A DNA stretch of 62,382 nt, counting the filler. It is 13 parts of 13 records of this genome, joined end to end, with 100 filler letters (N's around TTAATTAATTAA, not from the genome) between each part and the next. Parts side by side here need not be neighbours in the genome. Positions count along the whole stretch, not along the records: positions 53,297 to 56,710 come from SRR7504441_18469; positions 56,811 to 62,382 come from SRR7504441_18478; 11 more parts are not named here. The stretch is one strand, 5' to 3'. Of this stretch, positions 54,313 through 62,382 are shown one piece after another. Within the stretch, counting starts at the first letter, position 1. Each line of letters begins with the position of its first letter. The notes beneath the pieces are model-generated. The model was not told where the DNA came from. It saw only the letters and a program-made list of their open reading frames with translations, and ran no database searches. The translations under genes were made by a program, and so were the position numbers.

Positions 54313-55426
54313 ATGGCCAGGTACCTCGTGAGCAGACTCCCGGCGGCGGTGGCGGCGGTGGTCTCGGGCCCGGCGCTGCAGTGCAACGATTCGCAGTCCG
54401 GCTGGCCGGCTTGGGACGAGAATTGGGACGGTCGGGCCGGAAACAGCTCGGAAAACCCGTCGGGACCCACCCGGCACCTACTGCTGATCCGACACGGACA
54501 GTACGACCGAACAGACAGCCGGCGGCAGCTCACCGCTATGGGGGTCAAGCAGGCCCGGCTCACCGGTTTGTTCGAGCCTGGCCGGCCGGGGAGCGGTGGG
54601 GCAGGCGAGCGGCTGGCTGGAATGTGCGATCCCGAGCTCCTCGGCAAGCTGTCGGCCGAGCCGGATGGGCTGTCGGCTGAGCCGGTCACGATCAGCTGCG
54701 TGTATAGCAGGCGCTCCGCCGGTCGGCTGTCGGCTGAGCTCGGGTCAGCAACCTGCTTCGAGCCCGGCAGACCGCAGAGCTGGTGATGGAGTCGCTTCCC
54801 CGCACGGTGCGGCTGGCCCCCGAGGACCCGATGCTGGCCGAGGGCTGCCCGTGCGTCCCGGACCCGTCCCCAGCGCTGTACGATCCATCTCCGGCCACTG
54901 TCTGGGAAGATGCGGCCCGGATAGAGGCAGCATTTCGGCGATACGTCCACAGAGCGGTCAGCAGCCGCTGCCCGGCGGAGTTATTGCTCTGCAGGTGGAC
55001 GGCCACTCGGCCCAGATCCCGGTCAGCGCAGTCCAAGCTCAGGCCGAGGTGTGCTCCCAGGTTGGGCCGGCCGAGTGCGTGCAGGGGGCCCAGGACCGGC
55101 CAGAGTATGAGGAAGGAGCCGACGGGGCCAGCGGCAGCGAGAGTTGGGAGGTTATTGTGTGTCACGGGAACGTGATCCGGTAGCTAGCTGGCCAGCCGGC
55201 CAGCGATTGGGAGCGGGCAGCTACTTTGTGTGCCGAGCGCTTCAGCTACCGCCGCAGGCCAGCAGCCCAGATACCCGGCCACTGATCTGTGCGATAGGTC
55301 TGGCTTCGCATGGCAACTTACAACTGCGGGATCACCCATCTGATGATTCGACCCAATGGGCGCTGCTCGCTGGTCACTTTTGGCGACACTGGGCACCTTT
55401 CTCTGGACCAAACCACCTACTTTTGA
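54313..55426 (+). CDS. PGAM5: Mitochondrial histidine phosphatase PGAM5
   Basis: WDENWDGR (WDxNWD), [61 protein letters not shown]. Introns include 54566-54604, 54711-54748 and 55258-55297. Confidence 0.93.
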
Positions 55427-56026
55427 TCATGCAGGCCGAGGCTCAAAGTTTGAGTGCATGTAAACTACTCGTACTGGTTGACCATTCATATTATAATTCA
55501 TACATATTTGGTAATATTTAGGTCAAAATGGCGTGCCAATCGATATCAATATTTAGGCCAAAGCGATCGATAGAATGTGGGATCGTTACTGACGGCGGAC
55601 TCCGGTTTGATTGATTAGCGTACAGTTATGATCAAGACTTAGTACGTAGTCCGAACTGATTTGATTCTCATCCACTCATGTTTATTAAGATTGTGAAGCA
55701 CTCTCGGCGGTGACTGGACTTCTCACCACTGACAGCGCCCACATAGACCGCAGCCATAGCAGCCCACCGCAGCCACCCCAACATTATAAGTAAGACCCCC
55801 TGAGTGATCGGCTCCCTGTCGCAGCCAGCCTGACAGAATCGACAGCCTTTGTCGCCCCATCCGGACGATAATGAGACTAAGCAGCAGCCAGCGGCTGCAT
55901 ATATGTACTTCTATTGTTGCGTTGTTATGCATCATTCTCCCCTCCCCCCGTGACGGCGTCACGTCACCGGCGCCGCCCGCCCCCGCTCATGACGGCCGGC
56001 GCTGGCTTCCTCGAAAGAAAAGGCCT

Positions 56027-56439
56027 CTAGGCCTTCTCTGCCCTGAGCTGCTCTACTTCTTTCTCCAGCATGGCCACCTCTTCCTTGAGCCGGGTGATCT
56101 CCCGATCCTGTTCGTCGATGGTCTGCACCCCCGCTCGCACCCAGCCGCGCCCCAGCCGCACCTGCTTCATCGACTCTGGGTCGACGGCCACCGAAGCACC
56201 CAGGTACTGCTTGATGAAGTCGAGCGCTTGGGCTGGCCTCTCAGGCTCCTCGTACATCCGAACGAGCACTGGGCCGCCGCTCAGCCAAGCCCAGCCGCCC
56301 GACACCTTTGGTGAAAGCGTCGATAACCCCGCATTGCTGGAGGTAGGTTCTGAACTCTTCCTTCTTTGAGTCGGTGGTCTGCCGCCGGCAACCGCTCAGC
56401 CAAACCCGCCCGGCCGCGCACTTGGTAGCCCCCGGACAT
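56027..56439 (-). CDS. MYCBP: c-Myc-binding protein homolog; 4 exons
   Basis: Spliced (introns 56379-56421, 56269-56305, 56123-56161): DSKKEEFRTYL...GVIDAFTKVLVRMYEEPERP..ALDFIKQYLG. Confidence 0.92.
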
Positions 56440-56958
56440 CGTGCTGGTGTGCTGTGGACGAAATGATTCTATTCGGGGCACTATTCCGTTGTCGCTAAAA
56501 TGACAGTACAACTCGTACAGTACGCGCTGGGGCGGAGGGCCGGAGAAGGTGCACAGCCAGACCCGTCGTCCACGGGCACAGTTCAGGACCGCATTCAGCG
56601 TAGCACGATTTTGCGATTTTGCGTCGGAGGACGGCGTCGACATGTCGTTGCAACAAACTCCTGGGGAGCCCTAGCCCCTTTGACTAATTCTACGGGGAAT
56701 TTGCCTGGTTNNNNNNNNNNNNNNNNNNNNNNNNNNNNNNNNNNNNNNNNNNNNTTAATTAATTAANNNNNNNNNNNNNNNNNNNNNNNNNNNNNNNNNN
56801 NNNNNNNNNNTGCGGTGTGAGGGTGTACTGAAACTACAGCAGTCAGCCAGTCACCGTATTACGTACAAACAAACAAAAAACATTATTTTAAAATGAAGTC
56901 CGTTGCAAACTCACCGGCCAACCCGCAGCCCCACTGTCGGGTCACACGTTTCGGTAGC

Positions 56959-59900
56959 ATGGCGGCGGCGCAAGACCCGTTCTCGCCGCGCGGGACTGTG
57001 CGGCCGCTCTCCCGGGAACGGGAGGCCGAGCTGCGCACCATCTTCGATCTCGTGGACACGGATAAGAGCGAAGCCATCGACAAACTGGAGATGCGCCGGT
57101 TCTTCCTGCTGGCCATGGGCAAGCAGACTGAGCAGGAGCTGACCCCGCAGGAGCTGACCGAGCGAGACATTAAGGTGGACGCCTGCTGGCGTCGGCTCGA
57201 CAAGAACGCGGACGACAACGTCACCTGGACTGAATTCCGGAACCGCGTGGCCGAATTTCTGGACTCGTTTGACGACCGGAAGCGGACAAAAGCTGGGACC
57301 GGGGAGGCGGAGCACCAAAACATCCGGGACTTCCTATTCCGGGACGAGTCAGGCCGGTCGGCCGAGGACGACAGAGTCAACTGGCGGGACCGGCTGCCGG
57401 GCTGGAGCCGGGAGGAGGTGGTATACGTGGAGCAGATGCTGCAGTTCCGGTCGACCAACAGCGCGGCCCGGCCGGAGAAGTACAACTGCCCGGAGGAGGC
57501 GGTGCCCGGACGGGGGCCGATCGGGGAGATCACGATGGATCAGATGGTGCAGCTGCTGCTCCAGCAGTTGATGGTACAGTCCGAAGAAGGCTACCGCTCG
57601 TGTGAGCTGGCGCTGCAGCAGCTGTGCCGGGTTGTCGGGCTGGGCGACAGGCTCGGGAGCGACTCAGAGCGGTACCACCAGTCCGAGCTGCTCGTGCACG
57701 CATTCCACGCACTGGTCGAATCCGGTGCGGAGCCCCGGGGGGCTGCGGGCCAATCGGGCGGCCAGGCGTACTGAATACCCTCAAGCTGCTGCTGCTGCAG
57801 GACACGCTCCCGTCGCCCACCGCCAGGATCACTGTGTCGATGCGCTATGGCGCCAATCCGCTGTTGATGGCCTCGACAGGTGGGCGCTGCCCGCCCGGGC
57901 CAGCTGAGTAGGCGTAGGCCCTCTCCAGCTGCTGTCACTGCAGTTTCTCAACACCTTCGTGCGCGGCCCGGACGTGCCAGACCTGCCGATCAACGACGAC
58001 AACCACCCGTCCAACTATTTCTATAAAAAGAAAGTCGAAGTAGCCGGACTAATCGATGGGCTCGAGCGACTGTTATATCACGGCCGACTAGACAAGGTAT
58101 TGGCAGTGGGAGACAGCGGGCAGCTCAACCCGGAGACGCGCGTGCTGATGGCGTTCGCCGACCTGCACAGGCCAGCTGAGTGGCTGATCAAGGCTTACAG
58201 GACTCATGTGAGTTTGCTATTCGACTTTGCTGGGCAGATGGCGATGACAGTCGAGACACCAGCCCATCTGAGCCAGGTGGTGCTCTCGCCCATCGTGTAT
58301 GAGGCGTACAGCAAGAGCCAGCGCGACGTCGAGTTCCGGCATCTTGTCGGACTCGCTTCGCACTCGCTGGAGCTGCAGGTGACACGCTCACTGGCCCCTC
58401 GCCCACACCCGGGGGTCAGGCGGGCGCGTACGCGGTGCTCGGAACGCTGGCTTCGGACGACATCCCGGTACGGGACCACCTGTTCGCGCGGCGGGTGCTC
58501 TGCTTTGTGAATCAGCCTGGTGAATTTGGTACGGTGATCAAATACCTCTCTGCACTGGTCAGTCCAGTGGGTCCAACAGCAGAGCTCCCTTTTGAGCCGA
58601 TCCCGAGGATGGTTCCCGGGAGGGAGGACTGGCTGACCAAGGTGTACGCCGGGCAGGGTGTGAGGGACTTCCCGGTGGGATCACTGTTCAGGGACGCGGT
58701 TGATATATCAGCGCCGACCCATAGCCGGGCCAAGCTCGAGTATGTGAAGCACATGTGTCTTGAATACAAGCACACCCAGACCGTGCTGTCAGCCCCCGAG
58801 CTGCAGGCCCAAGTAAACGAGCTCCAGCTCAGGCAGCAGCGCCTGGCGGAGCAGATTACCTGGATGGAGTTATTTATAGACCTCTCTGAGAAGGCGATCA
58901 GTGTCGATCATCAGGCGCTTCGGCTGGTTGCGCGCATGTGCGGCGAGAGTACGGATGAGCCGCCGATATGGCTTCGGGAGGGTCAGCATGAAGCGCACAA
59001 GCAAGTCATCACCGAGGTGCAGCCGGTGCTAAGTCTGCGCAGCTGACGCTGTACAGGTCGCCAAGGTGGTCAGCCAGACCCTAGTGGCCAGTGACGATCC
59101 CAGTGTGCTCGCCGAATCGTGCCTGTGCGCGGCCCACCTGATTCCGGCGATCGGGGCCGGGCTTGGCCGGGACAACTGCCGCCAGTTTGTCGAGATGACA
59201 ATAGAAAGGCTTCTGGGTGTGGCGCTCGCTGCACTGTACATGCAGAATCCACAAAGAGACCAGCTGAAGCGAGGGTTTAACGGAGCCGCGGGCAACGACC
59301 AGCGCAAGGTGCAGGCCAGGCTCCGACCAGGTGCGTTGACTGCCAGACTCGGGTGAGCGGCGGGCGTAGGATTCCACGTTTCGGATAGCTACGATGGCGG
59401 GGCACTGCTTTGCAGTCCGAATGGTGTCGGTGTGTGGTGCCCCAAGCTGAGGCTGGAGCTGGACCCCGCCACGCTGCAGCCGTGCGGGGTGAGCTCCAAG
59501 TGTGAGCCAGGCTGATGGCTGGTAGGTGGACCAGAGCGAGAGCACAGTCGCGCTGCAGCAGGATTACTTGAGGAGAGCACCAAAGATGCACCTGGCGGTG
59601 CTCAGGGCGCTGCTGCAATTTATAGAGCCTTCGGTGCTCAAGTACTGGCACGGCGAGAGTGAAGAGGTCAGCGACGCGGAGAAGGCCAGGATAGAGCAAC
59701 TAATCAACCAGGCCAGACCAGCAAACGACGACCTGGGGCTGATCCTACAGGTAGCCTAGGGCGAATGCTAATAGCTGACTGTGTGGATCTCAGTCGTTTA
59801 TGCCTTACTTGTATGAGATACTAGAGAACGAGGCTGTGCCTGGAAGCACTGGTGGGAATTCGATTGAGCTCAGACGGATGGCCATGGAGATTATTGAGAA

Positions 59901-62243
59901 AACAATCACACTTGCTCAGAACATTCATCTAGAGAGCGGACCTGTAGTCCAGCAAGGGGTCAAGGTATCCAGCTGCCAGCAGTTGGCTGTTAGCTCATTC
60001 CGAGTAGGTGCTATGTGAGATGGAGTCGAGGCTGCTCCCGTACTTGCTGCTGCTCATCCACCAAAGTGACGACGAGCCACTGAGGTGCCCAAATCGTCAC
60101 CCCAGTCTCAAGTGTTGACGGTGAGCAGGTGGGGTGCGCTTCGTGTCATCAAGTGCTGCGCCAGCAGCCCAGATGCACAATTGCTAGCCCAACGTGGCTG
60201 TAGACAGGTAACATTACTCAGATCGCAGTTTACCAAGTGTACTGGCAGGCACTCTGTTCGACACTTCGGCACTTCAAATCTTATAACAACAAGATGGTCG
60301 CCCTATACCATCAGGTGAGCCTCACCTGCCACTGTATGTGTATCTTGACGGCCCGTGCAGGTGAAGCCGAGCTTCAACTCAGGGTATGTGCTCGACGCAC
60401 TCGATGCTCTCATGAGCCTCACTCAGTCTTGGCACGGCGAACCTGGTGTGCTTGCCGAGGTCTGACTGGCCTGACCGTTGTCTGCCAGGCAGCGACACGG
60501 GAATAGATTTCTATGGACTGGAGAACATGAAAGTGCTTGCTATGACTATGTGCGATGAACAAGACTTCTGGGCATCCAAGTACGGCAACCACACAGAGTT
60601 ACGTAACAAGATTGAGGAGCTGATCACTGTGACCCAGCAGCACATGCGCAGCAACGAGGTGGCGGACACGCGTTTCTCCGCCGAGGCACGGCAATTGATG
60701 ATTGTGAACAACGAGAAGCGGCGGGTGCTGGAGCGGATCGTCGATTTGCTCAAGGTATATGACGAGCGCGCCTCGCAGCGGCACGATTTGGTGATGGACG
60801 GGGCGGTGGTGCTTGAGAGACAAGAGGTCAAGTTCAAGCTTGAGGTGATTGTAGTCTTATGCCATAGTCGCTTTAAGGATAAGGGTTCTGCCTGATTGGG
60901 GATTGACAAGGTGTTTTACCCGGCACATCGCAACCAGCAAGCCAAGCGCAAAGTATTCTTGTTCCCTGGCACACCTTTGCAGCGCAAGGAGTGCACCGTG
61001 GACCGTGTGCTGATGGAAGCTGAGCACAAGATCAACCAATCGAGCTCTAACAATCAGCGATACGAGCTGCGCGGCAAAGTTACCTTCTATGACGACAGAG
61101 GCGCCGAGGATAATGTGACGATCGAGTCTCAGGACGATTTGAATAGAGCGCTGCAGAAGTACGACCGACAGGGCCAGAGGCTCAACCTAGACCAGAGCTA
61201 CCTGCGTACTCATCAGAACCAGCACAGCCAGCACGGTCGACCGCAGCAGGAGCTTGATGACTACTTGGAGCTTTACGTAGACTTGAACAGCGGTAGAGAC
61301 ACTGGATATGGCAATGATGGGTCCATGGGAGACGGCCAGATGCTGGGAGCACGCAGAAGAAATTATTTGATGCGCCAACTGGCAGAGACAACAAACATGC
61401 AGCCACAGCAGCTGAACAGCGTGCTGGACAGATTTGATGAGATGCGGCGGAATGGTGGAGGCGACTCTATCTCGAGGCGCGACTTTGTGTCTGAGATCCG
61501 TCGGCATTTAGGCGTGCAGCCGCGGATGGCAGAGAAGCTTTTTGATGCGTTTGACACTAATGGCGATGGGAGCATAAACGCATATGAGTTTGCAATGGGT
61601 TTGATAGGACTCAACAACTCGGCTACAGATGAGGACAAACTCAAGTTTATGTTTCGGTTTTACGACAATGACCACTCTGGCAACCTCGACAGGTGGGCGA
61701 CGTGCCTGACTGCAAGCTGATCCTGCTGTGTGCAGGAATGAAATCAGGCAATTACTGCTGGCGCTGTTTGCTTCATCGAGCAATCCACCGAACGTGGACC
61801 AGATGGTAGACCAATTTATCTCTCACGTCGACCAAGACGGCGACAACCTGATTAGCCTTCGAGAGTTCCTAGGAATAGTGCGCGACCCAGTGCTCGCCGA
61901 CATCAGAGACAAAATAGTCTGTGCTTGCTTAAAGCTGTGGCTCACACCACAGGGCAGGTGGCAAATTTCCAGCAGCAATTCGGGTCCTCAGCAGGAGATC
62001 TGGCTCAGGGTGACCCGGTGAGCAGCCCTGGCTAAACCCCGTAGAGGTAGAGCAGCCCATAGAGGTTGCGGAGTCTACAGGAGCAAACATAGCCCGACTG
62101 ATGAGCTGACCATGTCGATGGGTCAGGTCGGATGGGCCCAGACGCGTGGTGGACCTCCTCCGGTGGACCCATATGGTGGCATGGGGTATGGTGGCACTGG
62201 ATTTGGTGGCGTGGCCCAGGCTTGGAGACCAGTGCAGCGTTAA
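56959..62243 (+). CDS. Large protein: N-terminal EF-hand pair, helical/ARM-like middle, PB1-like domain, C-terminal EF-hands; 3' end uncertain (~62037-62243)
   Basis: EF loops DTDKSEAIDKLE, DKNADDNVTWTEF, DTNGDGSINAYEF, DNDHSGNLDRNE and DQDGDNLISLREF; FYDDRGAEDNVTIESQDDL..AL (PB1 OPCA-like); more than 12 tiny introns. Confidence 0.75.
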
Positions 62244-62382
62244 GTGTCGAATAGGACTAGCAGTGTTGATGTCGGAAAGGCAGCCGGGTCGTCATTTTTG
62301 TTATGTCATGCATGATAATTATTTACTTTTGTCAATTAATGAGCAGAGAGTACTAGCCCCCGTCATATAGTCTGGGGACCGA

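Noticed and set aside
62093-62130. CTGATGAG plus hairpin as a hammerhead ribozyme (also near 3520)
   Set aside because: No CGAAA core closing stem II and no NUH cleavage arm.
1-62382. CRISPR arrays, tRNA/rRNA genes, transposases, prokaryotic operons or defence systems
   Set aside because: None recognisable by eye. The content is intron-containing eukaryotic genes, and neighbourhoods across linkers are artificial.

Overview
This is eukaryotic DNA, not prokaryotic. It consists of 13 unrelated contigs joined by artificial 100-nt linkers (44 N + TTAATTAATTAA + 44 N), as in a concatenated MAG/SAG. The source is a compact, GC-rich protist genome that cannot be assigned taxonomically from this window. 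Genes are broken by tiny spliceosomal introns (mostly 35-45 nt), so the ORF track is fragmented and I spliced the genes by hand. Recognisable genes: OTC, a dual-specificity phosphatase, MAD2, a membrane subtilase, a BRK/LysM/PDZ/SAM multidomain protein, a TBC protein, an ankyrin protein, OSTC, a Sec63-like J-protein, a secreted nucleoside hydrolase, an Sfi1-like coiled-coil, a modular PKS fragment, a NUDT7/8-like hydrolase, COQ3, a GH78 rhamnosidase, a 2OG-oxygenase-BCP1 fusion, a SMYD5-like SET protein, GH31, a RasGAP-like protein, PGAM5, MYCBP and a large EF-hand/PB1 protein. Most notable: (1) an unusual intron grammar, with frequent weak GC donors, no polypyrimidine tract, and many introns containing only two adenines (the putative branch A and the acceptor A); (2) a 2OG-Fe(II) oxygenase fused to the uL14 chaperone BCP1, head-to-head with a SMYD5-like methyltransferase, a candidate ribosomal-protein modification module; (3) a candidate intronic box C/D snoRNA against 18S; (4) a TBC domain with swapped R/Q fingers and a CAAX box; (5) an in-frame TGA in the GH78 gene that lies inside a perfect 39-nt intron-like segment. 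All domain calls are motif recognition by eye, with no database searches.
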